A stretch of 64,000 bases of DNA from Camelus ferus (taxonomy: Eukaryota), in the NCBI RefSeq assembly GCF_009834535.1, contig NC_045696.1, positions 21,950,001-22,014,000 on the forward strand, given 5' to 3'. Below, in pieces: positions 36,040 to 48,532 of this stretch (position 1 is the stretch's first letter; every line of letters begins with the position of its first letter). The notes beneath the pieces were generated by a model that saw only the letters and a list, made by a program, of their open reading frames with translations, ran no database searches and was not told where the DNA came from. Made by a program: the position numbers and the translations under genes.

Positions 36040-37224
36040 GTTTCAAGGATCACACGCTCTTCTGATTTTTCCCTTAACTCTCTGGCTGCTGCCTCTCTCT
36101 CTCATTTGCTCGAACTGCCTCCTCTAGTTGACCTCTAAATATCAGGGCATCCCTGGGTTTGGTACTCTTGTCTCTTCCAACTACTTTCAGACCAAATCAA
36201 TGTCATCTAAGGCCATGGTATTAAATGCCTCCTGAATGCTGACAAACTCCAAACATAGATCTCCAGCCAACCTCTTGACATTCCACTAGAAGCCTATGGT
36301 GGAAAAGTCTGTATTTCAAAAATAAAAAATCCAAAACAATCCTGTATATTCCTAACCCCACCTCACTTGTTCAGTCTTCTTCATTTCATTAAAATGCACC
36401 TTCATTTACTCAAATGCTCAACCAAAAAAACCTAGGAGTACCCTTGACCCCACCTTCCCTTCCATGCCTCACAGCCAACCCATCTATAAGCTTTATCAGT
36501 TCTATCTTTAACATATTCTCCAAATCTGACCACATTCGTTACTTCCAGTGCTGCCATCCTAGTCCATGTCGTCATCATTTCTTACCTGGATGATTTCAAG
36601 AACATGCCAGCTCGTCAGCTCCCTCTTTCTACTCTTGGCCTCTTAGAGTCTATTTTTCACACAGCAGTTTGGATGCGATTTTAAAACAAACATCATACCA
36701 AGTATATGCTCAAAATCCTGTAATGTTTTCCCTTTACACTTATAATAAAATTCAACATCCTTACAGTATTCTACCATGCCACATACATGCTAAGCTCTAG
36801 TACCTCAAAGCACATCTCCAACCTCTTTCATTCAAATCTATAACCAAATATCACCATATTAGAGAGGTTTTTTTTTCTTTCTTAATAGGAGGAGGTAAGT
36901 TTAGAAGAGGTACTAGGATTTGAACCCAGGCCCTTGTGCATGCTAGGCATGCACTCTACCACTGAGCTACACCCTCCCCTGAGAGGCTCTTTTTGATCAC
37001 TGTTTAAGCTAGTGTTCCTTCATCATTCACTAACTCTTTAACTTGCTTCATTGTTTTGTGTGTTGAGTCATGTTACATATTTATTCATTGGTTGTTTCTG
37101 ATGTATCTCCCCCACTTAGAATATAAACTCCGTGGGTCAACGATTTTGTCTGTCTTATTCACTGCTGTATTTCCAACATTAAAAATAGTGCAAGGCACTC
37201 AACAAATATTTGTTGATTGAATGA
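36040..37224 (+). mobile_element. L2 LINE 3' region (host of the SINE)
   Basis: acctaggagtacccttgac, tataataaaattcaacatcctt, and terminus gaatataaactcc..ttcactgctgtatt..gcactcaacaaatatttgttgattgaatga. Confidence 0.8.
36868..36979 (-). mobile_element. tRNA-derived SINE, camelid Vic-1 type
   Basis: The minus strand reads GGGGAGGGTGTAGCTCAGTGGTAGAGTGCATGCCTAGCATGCACAAGGGCCTGGGTTCAAATCCTAGTACCTC..TTACCTCC plus an A-rich tail. Pol III box A TAGCTCAGTGG and box B GGTTCAAATCC. GAGAGG is duplicated on both flanks. Confidence 0.88.
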
Positions 37225-37225
37225 T

Positions 37226-37639
37226 AGTACTCATCTACTCCAGCCACCATGACAAAACACACAGACTAGGTGACTTAAAACAAAAGAAATTTATTTCCTC
37301 ACAGTTCTGGAAGCTGGAAGTCCAAAATCAAGATTCCAGCTGATTTGGTTTTTGGTGAGAGCTCTCTTCCTGCCTTGTAGACAGCTGCCTTCTAGCTCTG
37401 TCCTCACATGGCCTTCCCTTGGTATGCATACAGAGGGGAAGAGAGGGGGAGGGAGGGAGAAAAGAATTTTTTTTTGTCTCCTCTTATAAAGATACTAATC
37501 CTATCAGATCACAGCCTAATCCTCATGACCTCATTTAACTTTACCTCCTTAAAGGCCCCGTATCCAAAAGTTGCCACATGGTGTGTTAGGGCTTCACCAC
37601 AGTGAATTCTGGAAGGGCACAAACATTCAGTCCATAACA
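37226..37639 (-). mobile_element. MaLR solo LTR (MLT1A1/B-like)
   Basis: aaatttatttcctcacagttctggaagctggaagtcc..ctcatgacctcatttaac..aaacattcagtccataaca. Confidence 0.88.
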
Positions 37640-38027
37640 AATAAAGTAAAAGCAAACAATTAACACTAAGGAAGAAACCAACGTTTTACACCAAGAGAAA
37701 CTGAAGAGTTTAAGGAATAAAAAAATAACTTTTTTTTAAATCTCTCAAAAAGAGAAAGGTAAAAATAAAAGAAGTGGCTTGACTTCAAACCTTATCACAC
37801 AATACTTATGTGAGTGATGGAAGGTGATTAAAGATAATCATCCAGGCAGACTATGTCTGATATATGTATTAGGATACAATTGTAATTTGCAAGCACTTAG
37901 AAATACAAAAAACTTGACTAGAGCTTGTAGCTGTCAGTCAGTCATATTGTCAGTATCTTTTTATTTCCTCTTTATTCCTTTAACTAGTTCCTTGACCTAG
38001 TTTTGGTTAGCAAACTCAGGAACTTCC

Positions 38028-38416
38028 TGAGTGAAATCTGAAATTGGCCCCTGCACACAGAGGGCAAGGGCAGACAGAAGAAAGAGGCAGAGCACCCCCA
38101 TTTGTTAGGTGGACTTTTCATAAGCAAGGGAACTTGCAAACCAGGTCAGTCTTGGGCAACTGCAAGACAAGTAGAGCTCCACCCCCGCCTGCCAGAATCT
38201 GAGAAGTTTATACAGAGGCCTTAACCGGGTTCAGTCATGTATTCAGGCCAGGTGGTCTCAACATTACTCTCCCAAAGCTATGTCCTTGAAATGGCTCCTA
38301 GTGTGGGAACAGTGAGCTGAATGTACGTTCTAAGGACAGGCAAGGTGGTGAGGAACTTCCACCAACTGCCCAGGTCCAGCTCTTGGGTTGTGTTCTCTTG
38401 ATGACCTCCTTCAACA
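38028..38416 (-). mobile_element. ERV solo LTR, family not identified
   Basis: ~390-bp GC-richer island in AT-rich DNA, bounded TG...CAACA, with a TATA-like GTATAAAC on the minus strand near 38206. No clear TSD. Confidence 0.5.
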
Positions 38417-38639
38417 CCAAAACTATAATTTTTTATATTAATTTTATTAAAGTGATGCAGAACATATCCTAAATAACTAGCAACCCATAGTTATTTCTTA
38501 AAGTCTCCATAGAACTTCAAGTCAATACTTGTTTAAGCCATATAAACAATTTTAAAACTGCTTCTTGAGGGGGGAAAAAAGAAACACTGGGCTTAAACAG
38601 AAAGTATCCTTGATGTCCATTTGCTGAAGATTGCATAAT

Positions 38640-39059
38640 TGTTTGCAATTATTCACTATCACCCTTCCCAGTAAGAAGATTATCCACCCCCATCCATTTC
38701 CATATGGCTAGTCAGTGCTTTCCATGGAAAGAAGAGAGTTTTCAGTCTCATTAACCTTGGGCTTGGCCGTATAATGTTTTGGCCAATGGAATGTGGGTAA
38801 ATAAGACATAAGTCATGCCCAAACAGAAGTTTTTAAAGCATCATGAATTCCAGCTTCGTTGTTCTTTCCTTCAGCTTCAAGAATAGGCAAGTCACCCACA
38901 GAGGCTGCTTGCTCAATTCTGTGGCCTTGTATAAGAAGACAAATGGAGCAGAGCCACAGCTACACCCACCATATAAGAAACATGCATGAGATATTAACTC
39001 TTATTTATAAGCCAGTGGGATTCAGGCATTGTTAATTACTACAGCAAAGCTGATTAATA
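38640..39059 (+). mobile_element. Old MaLR LTR (MLT1I/J-like)
   Basis: ttgggcttggcc..ttttggccaatggaatgtgg..tggagcagagccacagc..tataagccagtgggatt..ttactacagcaaagctgattaata. Confidence 0.75.
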
Positions 39060-39239
39060 TGTCAGTGAAATTATAAAAAACAAAGATAAAAATAAAAGCC
39101 AGATTTTTTTATTTTGGAATATTAATTTTGCATCCCTTGTATATCTGTTTCTATAGCATACAATACTGCTTTCAACTAACTTCCACTAATACCCACATTT
39201 CTGTTTGCTTTGAACATAGGCTAGGAACACGTAGCTTAC

Positions 39240-39460
39240 CATAATAATGAACATAACTAGCATTTTGACTGCTTATAATGCAACAAACATGGCTTTAAGA
39301 ACTTGTGCACAAATCATAACATTTTTTCCTTACAACATCTCTACAAAGAATTATTTTAATCTACATTTTTCACATAAGAGAACTGATAGTTAAAATGTTT
39401 AAGTTACTTTTCTTAGGTCATGCAACTAACAAGTGGTAGAATTAGGACTATACAGGCAGG
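39240..39460 (-). mobile_element. MIR
   Basis: aactagcattttgactgcttataatg..cttacaaca..acatttttcacataagagaactga..ggtcatgcaactaacaagtggtaga. Confidence 0.7.
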
Positions 39461-40805
39461 TTATAAAAAATCAGATCATGAAGGGAACTGGAAGGGTGTA
39501 ACAGACTGGCCAAGCAAGGTATTTGACCTATATACTGACCCTTCCAAGAAACCTCAGAGTATTTGCCATAACTTACAATCCCTCTTGAAACAACTATGAA
39601 TATTTTCTACACATAGATCTCTTTGCTCTATTCCATGTGCCCCTGTCACCCTGACCGTTAATAACCGGACAAAACACAAGCTCCTGACCCCAATATAGCC
39701 ACCTTGACTGCACTCTGTTGAACCAGGATCTGTGCTTCATTTGAGGATAGCATTCTCAACACCAGCTAACAGCCTACAAGGTGACTTGGGTTTAAAGGTT
39801 GGTTCCATAGGATTAACCTGAGCTGCTTGTTGACTACCTGAATTTATCACATCTTTTCTCTTGGAGAGCTGGAAAGTGAGATGGTCAAAGGGAAACCCAG
39901 GCAGAAGGATGAAGAGAAATGTCATGAGAGATGGAAGACTGGGGAGGTTGTTGGTCAGATTCCCACTTTTGAAACAAAAGGCCTCCTAACTTGCACCAAA
40001 ATTCCACCACTTGAATTTTTTTTTCTTTTTTCCTTACATGGGAAACAAATAAAATTGGCAAAGACTATCTATTTTCATTAAGCAAGCTTCCCAGAAATTA
40101 TACACATTTCAACACATAAAACTTACTTTTACACAATGCTTTCCAAGTTGACAAACTACACCTCCTTACTAGCTTAGTGCTGCTGTAGGGAAAGAGAAAA
40201 AGCCTGCCATTTTGATCAGCTCTCAATAATATGATATCCTTATGACTGAACGCTAACCAGTTACTGTGGCAAATGCTCGGCACTTGTTGCCACAGGAGAG
40301 AATGCAGGGGATAAGAGTATCTCCCCTCTTTGAGGTAGTAACCAACTAGCCTGTGCCCACAGAGCCTGGATACATGTTTTGAGCAAACTCCTTTATCTCC
40401 ATCCTCAAAAGCCAATGAAATGGAGACTTAGTTCTAGTAAGCTGTCTTACCAGTCTTACTATAAAGTAGCAGAAGATTGGTATCCAACATACTTCTGTAT
40501 CACTTAGCATCATTTTGGTGCTAAAGAATACAGGAAACAGAAGAATGTTCTTTCAACCTCTCTCCATAACTTAATGTCTCAAAAATTCCATCAAAGTAGG
40601 CAGAAATCATCCCTAATTTTGGCAAGAACCTAAACTGGAAGTACCAAGGAGTCCTGAGACTCTAGGAAGAGCAGCTGAAGCAGTGACAGTGGATAGCCGA
40701 CCACCGGCAGCACTTTAAGTAGAGAAATTCTTAGGGATGATCTCACTAGAACAGTTTTTTAATGACCAACAGAGACAACTACAGCTAAGTTTTACCCTAA
40801 ACAAT

Positions 40806-40965
40806 TTCTTCGTTTGGGTTTCCCCAGAGCAAACACTAAAATGAGGGTTTGAGTGAAAGCAGTTTATTTGAGAGGTAATCCCAAGACACGCAGGTAACAG
40901 GAGTGAGAACGTGAGGCAGGGGAGGGAGGAAGCCACGCCTTATTGATCGGGGTTACCTCTCCAGG
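40806..40965 (-). mobile_element. ERVL LTR fragment (LTR40-like)
   Basis: ttgggtttccccagagcaaacact..gggtttgagtgaaagcagtttatttgagaggtaatcccaag. Confidence 0.6.
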
Positions 40966-41260
40966 CAAGTCACTGGAAAAATCAAACAAATGATGTAAGA
41001 AATTTCAGAACTAATTAGATTCCCACAGCAGTGGTTCTTGGTGTATAATTTCTGACTTTCAACAAGCTTTCACACTGAAATTATATCCTGAAGGCCATAT
41101 TCAACTCTCTTTCATTTATTCATTCATCCATTTATTAAACAACACCCATCTCGACCACAGCCACACGTATAGCTGTAATTAAGACTGCACAGTAACTCAA
41201 GTGGACAACTTCTATTTGCAAATCCTGTAGCATGGTGACCCAGTTCACTAGCATTCTTTT

Positions 41261-41500
41261 TATTTTAACTTTATTGTGGTATAATTTTTGTATGGTAAAC
41301 CACACATATTTCAGATGTAAAATTTGATGAATTTTGATAGATGTATACACCTATGAAATATGAAACCACCACCACAATCAAGATGCCTAACATTTCCATC
41401 ACTCCCCAAGAGGCGCAAATTTCGAACTCCCAATTTATCCCTTCCCACCTCTTTTATCCCCTGGTAACCATAAGTTTGTCCTCTGTCTGTGAGTCTGTTT
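41261..41500 (-). mobile_element. Chimeric L1-derived retro-insertion with 20-bp TSD
   Basis: TSD cagttcactag(c/t)attctttt at 41241-41260 and 41501-41520. The insert is an L1MB/ME-like 3' tip joined to a young L1 3'UTR piece. Confidence 0.85.
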
Positions 41501-41599
41501 CAGTTCACTAGTATTCTTTTCTGTCTTCTAGGTGTTTTCCCATAGTGACTAACCTTCAGAGGTTCTCATAGTAGGAGAAAAAAATAAATTGAATGCAAG

Positions 41600-41740
41600 A
41601 CATTATTTGACAAGATGGAGTACACAGACCTGAAAATTAAGAGATCTGTTTTATTTCCAACACTTCTCCCTAATAACTAGTAAACTTGGACTAGTCAGTT
41701 AAGCTTCTTAGGGCTCAATTTCCTCAAATGCACAATTACC
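41600..41740 (+). mobile_element. MIR fragment
   Basis: aacttggactagtcagttaagcttcttagggctcaatttcctcaaatg. Confidence 0.55.
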
Positions 41741-44740
41741 TGCTCAATTAGAGTATGATAATTAAGTTATTCTATAAGCTCATGTTCATTAATAAAGGTG
41801 ACACAGAGTGCTTTAAGATTATTTGAAAAGCTATCCTTTTACATTTTTCAGCAGACAAGAGACAGACTCATAGGAATGCATTATAAAGATTAATCTAGGC
41901 TATCATTTGGACAGTGAGCAAGTCAGGGGCTACTGCAGTAATCTAAGGGTGAAGGAAGGGCCTGACATGAACAGTGTCAGTAGAAATTAAAAGACAGAGG
42001 GGAATGATGTATTTATTAAAGGAAAAATGTTTATGATGACAAATGAGAGCAAAGGAGCAGAAGTCACGATGTCATTCAGTTTAGGTGTCTGGGAGATGAT
42101 AATGCCACCGGCCGAATGCTCAAACACTCACACCACCAGCATCCTAATGCCCAACCACCAATCCTTCTTGATCCTGTCAATATCCTGTAAGTCTCCACCA
42201 TGTCAAAACAGAGGAGATGCAACATGGATAAACTTCAAATAGAGAATTAAATGTACTTGTCAGATTGCATCTTGTCAGACATCACTTTCCTTCCATTTAT
42301 TTAGAATATCATGGATACACCTACAATAATGTCCCTCTCATAGCAGGCACTCAGTGTTTGCTGAGTGGACTGAGCCCATCTGCAGTCTTCTCTGTAAAAG
42401 AAACAGGAGTGCCCCGTGCAGCCCTGTGGCCCACCATGCGGAGTAGATCAGTAGCCTGCAGGGCACCACGTCTATGAAACCCTACAGAATCTCCCACAGC
42501 AAACCTGCTTTATTGAAACGTCACTGTCTTTTGCTACCATCAACAGTTTAAGAGAAAGAAGGAAAATAACATCTTCCTATTACCCTAGCTTTAAAACTTT
42601 TTGATAAATACTGAAAGAGTAGATGATTTAATCACAGCAAAAAACTGTAAAGCTAAGGACTAAACTGCAGCTTGAGAGAATGAAAAGAGCAGGATCCTTT
42701 AAAAATAAAAATACTGCCTTTCAGAAAGAGCTGTAGTGGACTTTAGTTTTTGCAGACAAATCTTTCTCTCTTTATTAGTGGGGGAGGGAAATTTTAAGAA
42801 AGAGAAAATAACAGTTATGCCAAGTTATATTTTTATATTCTTCCCTCCAAAACAATAAAAATACCCTTTTCCATCACCTGAATCTTCAAAACCCAAGCTC
42901 CCAATTTTGCCTTAAAATACTCGTTTATGCTTTCTTTTCTTGCCTTGATGTCTACTCGGACTATTGTACTGATTACAATCAACTGTTTACTGTACTTATT
43001 CCTAAAAGAAACAACAGGGGAATGTAGAGTGTTATTTTACATTTTTTCTCAAATTATCAGCCAAAAATTCTGTTTACCACCAAGTAAATATCGAACACGA
43101 TCATTAAATATCTGGACAAAAATTGATAATATCATGTTTCTCTCTATCTACTTATCCTTACTACCACACTCTCGTCCCAGTAGAGAGTAAATATGGAAAT
43201 GGTAGCATTACACACAACATACATAATTAATCTGGAAAATTGCCTTTAAATATTTTGCCATACTAAAAATCCTACTAACTTCAAAAAGCACTCTGGTTGA
43301 AACATTCAAATAAACGTTCAGAAGTCAATATGGCTTCTAACAACACTAGAAAGTGGTCCTTGCTAATACGTGTACTGCCAAAGAAGAATCTTGCTTCCTG
43401 ACAGCTAAACTAAATTGTTCTGTTTTTCATTTCATCTTGCTTAAATAAACAGAACTGTCAAAATTTGATGGATTTTTCATAATGATGGTGCTAAAAAACT
43501 TAAGTGGAAGCCCTTGAAAATCTCAAAACTGTTAAGGCTTCCCTTTAAAGACAAGTTGGTTTTTAAGTGTTTTGTTTCTGTCTCCCTCAATAGTTGGTAT
43601 TCGAATGTTTCATTTTTTTCCAGTTATAACCCACAAATGATTCACATTATTAAAAAACCTTACCTGTGAGTCAAAGAGACAGCACAAACAAACTATATTT
43701 GTGGAAAAGTGGACTCCTGATTAAACCAAAACAGATTTTAAAAAGAAGATGTAGAAGGCTGGGATTTTGAGAAGGATTCAGTGGGACTATGATGAAGAGT
43801 TTAAATATGGGACACGGATAAAGAAGCAAATTAGTTGCAGTGATAATTTGTCAAGAGTTCCGGCAATAGATCTTCACCAGATGAGAAACTTCTCCTGTTA
43901 CTTGTGGGAATATTTGACCCACCAGGTGAATTCTCTGAGTTAAATCACTTTTCTTTTTAACAGTTCTAACTACAGACAGTCCAAGTTGTCCATATGAGGA
44001 TTTGAACATGGCAGTGATTTCAAAACAATGTAGATCATGTCTGTGTGTCTGGCTGGACTTACCTGCTCTGTGTCCATTCCTTCTGCCTAACTGACTGTGA
44101 CTCAAACAGTGTGTCTTTGAAAGGTAAGCCAGCCAACAATTCCAATGTATTGTGAATTTCAATTAGGTTGTACAGCATTAAGAGTAAATTTGGAGTCTTG
44201 AAGATGTATATTATTTTTTACATTCTTGTCATTTTATACTTTATTACATAACTGAATTATATCTAGCATTTTCTAAATGTGATTTGTATAATCTATGTTT
44301 TAGAGTCCAAATAATAATAATGTGATCACTAGGCATCTAGTAATCCTTCCTCAACCCCTTGGTTTGTACTTTCAAGGAAAAAAGTATACTTCCTTGTTTT
44401 ATTTTAATTGTGGTTTCTTTTAAAAATTAAATAATATCTGTTGAGCACAAGTTAAACATGAAAAAGACTAGAGGAAAAAGCATCATACGTATATTACAAT
44501 CCCTACATTTTTAGCTATACAGTTTAAAAATACATGAACATATTTATGACCACTAGACCTAAACTATTCAACTGAATGTAACTGTATTCATGAAGAAAAT
44601 CATGAACAGAGTTTGGACTCAATTGTCTATGATGGAAAAAATATGAGAAGGCAATGCTTCAGAAAAGCAAAAATCAGAAAATCAATGTACCAAATAGTTT
44701 TCTAATATTTTTCTTTTTTACTCATCACAGAATTCTGTGC

Positions 44741-44810
44741 AGTGAGTATGTCTGAAACCCAATATTGTCTCAAAGTGAATATGTCTGAAACCCAATATTG
44801 TTTTAAAGTG
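44741..44810. repeat. 33-bp tandem duplication
   Basis: agtgagtatgtctgaaacccaatattgtctcaa / agtgaatatgtctgaaacccaatattgttttaa / agtg. Confidence 0.95.
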
Positions 44811-47024
44811 GGTTTGTTTATTTCAAAAACATCAGTAATCAGAGTGTGTTTCTGGGACATTTCATCTATTTTAATGAACCTTTTCAAAGAGTAACCAGAC
44901 TAGGCTAATTTTGAGTCATTTATCTGGAACCAATATGCCAACAGAGTAACATAAAATAAAATATGATCTAGCCATCCCTATCATTATAAAAATTGGAACA
45001 ATTTACACAGGGGAAATTATAAGATGTAAATAGTAAATGTTTCCCAACTTAACGTGTTGTAATACCTCTAGCAAAGCATCTTTCACAGGAACAATAACTC
45101 CCTGTGACTCTTTTCTTCATTTTCTTCAAAACAAATGCACTTAAAACTACACAGTGTAATAATAGATTTGTGCGTGGATTTGACTTTTAATATTCAAGAA
45201 ACTATCCCACTATTTTCTTACTGATCAGTTTTCAACTGTTCCAAACTCCGTATTAGAATTTTGCTTGAACCAATATTGATCCAGAATATACTTAGTGATA
45301 CAATTCCTGTGTGGAAACTGTAGAAATTCTGCACATCTAAAATCTCTAGTTAACTTCTATGTTTGATGCCACCATATCTTTAGTATAGACTGAAAAACCT
45401 TCAAGTAAGTTTCTTCACCAGTATAACCTCTGCTACATGGTTCATTTATTTGCTGTATCTTGTCTGTGGAGAACAAATAGCAGGCTCAATTTAAGGAGTT
45501 TCCTGGGTTCTCTTAGGAGATGTGGAATGCCTTAGGTAACTCAGTGTATGCAATCAATAGGTACCAATATTTTCTCACGTCTATATTTCTGAAACATTAA
45601 TCACGATGCAAGCACCTAATTAAATCTGAAGTTGTTCCTGCTGATTTGAACCCAGTGTTTATGAAAATCAGTACAAATACTAGGCTACCAGCTTGGTGAG
45701 GATCTGGCTCATAATGAAGTATACATTATTTATGTGTTGTATAAATGCAGGAAACATTTCATTGGTAAATATACATATTTTCCATAACAAATAACATATT
45801 TCTATTGTCAGCTCTTAGAAAATGACTACTCAAAAAGGCCACAATGAGGCCTCAGCCCCCCTCTAGATTAGTATGTTTCTCGATTCTATGAAACCTGACT
45901 ATGACTGCTTAACCGGACCCTTCGGACCACTACATCACACTTCCATTTTTTTTTTTCTTGAATTAGTTTCTTTCCCCGACTCAACTCAACATTCTTTGAA
46001 AATCTATATGTGTACAACATTTGCTATAGAAATTTCTTGAATATTTTGATTTTTCAATCCCAAGACATAAACACAAAATATTTATGTTTAATGGTGCCGC
46101 TGAACCCCAAATTAGGGAGGAAAAAGCTTTTTGTCATTCATTGAGAGGCCCACTGTTGCATCTGTAACATTAAGCCAACAATTGTTCATTGATGGCCACT
46201 TTTGAAGTGTCAGAGGGAAGGCACTAAGCTACTTAAGTGCTTCACTCTGCAGCCGAATTGCATCAGGATGGCAGAGTGGACGAGGGCAACATTATAATTC
46301 TGCCACCAGTTTCCCGGTAGTCAAGCTTTAAGAGAAGAGTTACCATGGATGTATATGAAACCATTCTAGGAAATATTTCTCAGTAGAAAGATAACCCTTG
46401 GCGAGATGGCCTAGGGCTAATCTTATCACTTTAGCCTGAAACACCACTAGCTCTGATTCTAAGATCAGAATGGAAAGAACATTTTGCACAAGAAAATTAA
46501 TTTCACCATTTTTGGCACTGAGTGACTGTATGGAATCTAAGTATCAGTACAGATGTAACTGAGCTCCTTCTGATCTGTTGGCCCTTCAGTGCTTCTGAGT
46601 AGGGGGAGGGGTCTAGCACGAGCAATAGAAGTGGCAGCAACCTGTGAGAAGTCCTGTGCCCGTGCCTATCGGGGGGTGCCGAGGCATGGGTGAAGGGCAG
46701 CTCCATGCTTCCTAGGGTGGATGTGGATCCCGCCAGCTCCTAAAAGGGTCCAGCTCTCCAAACTGGGGCCAGTGACAGTCAAGCTATTCAAGGCGCCTCA
46801 GAAAGATGACACATTCACATAAAGAGGTTTAGGATCTGGAGGACTGTCTGGTCATTTGCTCTCTCCTGAATCTCATGTTGTCTCCAGATAACTTTAACTC
46901 GAACATTTTTAGACCTGTGGGTTATAACCAACTCACAGAAATCCCTTAAGAAGGCTATTTAAATTTGCCTTTTAAATAGTCCTTGCCAGTATAGAGTGAA
47001 ATTCGGAGCCTCTTTATTTTATTA

Positions 47025-47277
47025 AGCAAACACTTTTACAGCACTTACTATGTGCTAGGCGCAGTTCTAAAGCGCCTCGTAAACATTGCCTCCTTTAATA
47101 ATCATAATGACCCCCATGAGTTAGGTAATATTATTACTATTTCTATTTTACCCATAAAGAAACTGGGGCAAGGAGAGTGAATATACAACTTGCCCAAGTC
47201 ATGCTGAAAGGAAATGGCAGAATTAAAACCTAGCTGATCTGGCGCCAGTGTCCAGACTCATAAACCCTCTGCTATGC
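47025..47277 (-). mobile_element. Near full-length MIR
   Basis: agcacttactatgtgctaggc..attttacccataaagaaactgggg..aacttgcccaag..aaccctctgctatgc. Confidence 0.88.
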
Positions 47278-47309
47278 ACCTATCCTAGCTGATTCCTTTT
47301 TTAACGGCT

Positions 47310-47500
47310 GGCACTTGCACCTGTATTTGAATCCGTACTCTGCCATTGTTCAACTGATCAATAAGTTATTTGCTTCCTCTATCTGTAAAATGGGAATAAC
47401 ATGACCTACTCAAATGAAATGGACTGAAGTAAAGCAAAAGTCAGCCCAGTGTCTGATCTAGTAAGTCTTACCACAACCAAAGGTTGCTAGTTTTATTACG
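47310..47500 (+). mobile_element. MIR fragment (opposite orientation to its neighbour)
   Basis: tttgaatcc..ctctgcca..ttcctctatctgtaaaatgggaataac..acctactc. Confidence 0.7.
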
Positions 47501-48470
47501 TCATTGCCAGTAGTGATGGCAGGATATCTTCACACAAATAAAAGTAACATTAGCTACAATGCTTAGGACCTCTAATACATTTTTGACAATTCATTATTTC
47601 ATTTAATCTTCGCAAACAATGCGGCAAAAAAAAGATGATACCTGTTTCACATATTAAAAATACATGCCATCAGAATTGAGTAATAAACCTGAGAACTCAT
47701 ATCTATATAGTGTGATAGTTTGTGTGATTTTTTGAAAAAGAGTAAAAAATGAATCTGGGGCTGATGACTGCTTCCATATGTGTGAGTAAATTGGTTTTAA
47801 ATAAACAAACAAATAAATTTATAAGCTGTAAAAATTTAATTGTCCTCATTTGACCTGATGCTTTTCCATGTAATTCAAATGACTGTATGCTTTATTTCCT
47901 AAAAGCCATGGTTATCTATTTCAGATAGACCAACAAACATAATACCAACATCATTCTATTTTAATCCTCCCAAGAGTATTTCTGCTGTAACTGATTCTTT
48001 TTTCCTAAATCCTTGAGGAAGATTTAATGCAGTAGAAGTAGAGTATGCTAATACATATTGATTTAGACCTCTGACACTACTCAGAGAGTAAAAGCTAAAA
48101 CCTTCTTTCTTCTAAAAACCAATTTACATATTATTCTTGATTACAAGAGCATGTTGTCTATTCCAGTATCCATTAAACACAGTAAGTAATTTAAAATATA
48201 TGATCAAAGATGTCCCCTCAAGCTAGAAAAAATATATGAGGATAGAATTTTTACTAACTTGCCTTTTCTCAGGCTGATAATGCTTTGCTTAGGTTTACTT
48301 ATCAAAATTTTAATTTAGTAATTATTTTTCTAAGAAAAAGGCAAACAGATGAAACATTTCTTTTAGCTGATAAGCTAGGTACTCCTCCATCAGGAAGAGT
48401 TGAAGAAATTTTGCATATACATTCTGAGTTATATATAGAATAATTGCCATCCATCCCTTCAATAAACTGT

Positions 48471-48532
48471 TAAATGAACACGTATTATTAAACAAATATG
48501 TATTATTAAATAAACATGTATTATTAAATGAA
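48471..48532. repeat. Imperfect 18-bp minisatellite (~3.4 copies) abutting a MIR 3' fragment
   Basis: taaatgaacacgtattat / taaacaaatatgtattat / taaataaacatgtattat / taaatgaa, followed by MIR-like atgtgtaaagtgccta. Confidence 0.85.

Noticed and set aside
36905..36979. tRNA-like sequence on the minus strand
   Set aside because: It continues into a SINE body and A-rich tail with flanking duplication, so it is a SINE rather than a tRNA gene.
46600..46800. GC-rich patch as a possible CpG-island promoter
   Set aside because: Too short, with only a handful of CpGs.
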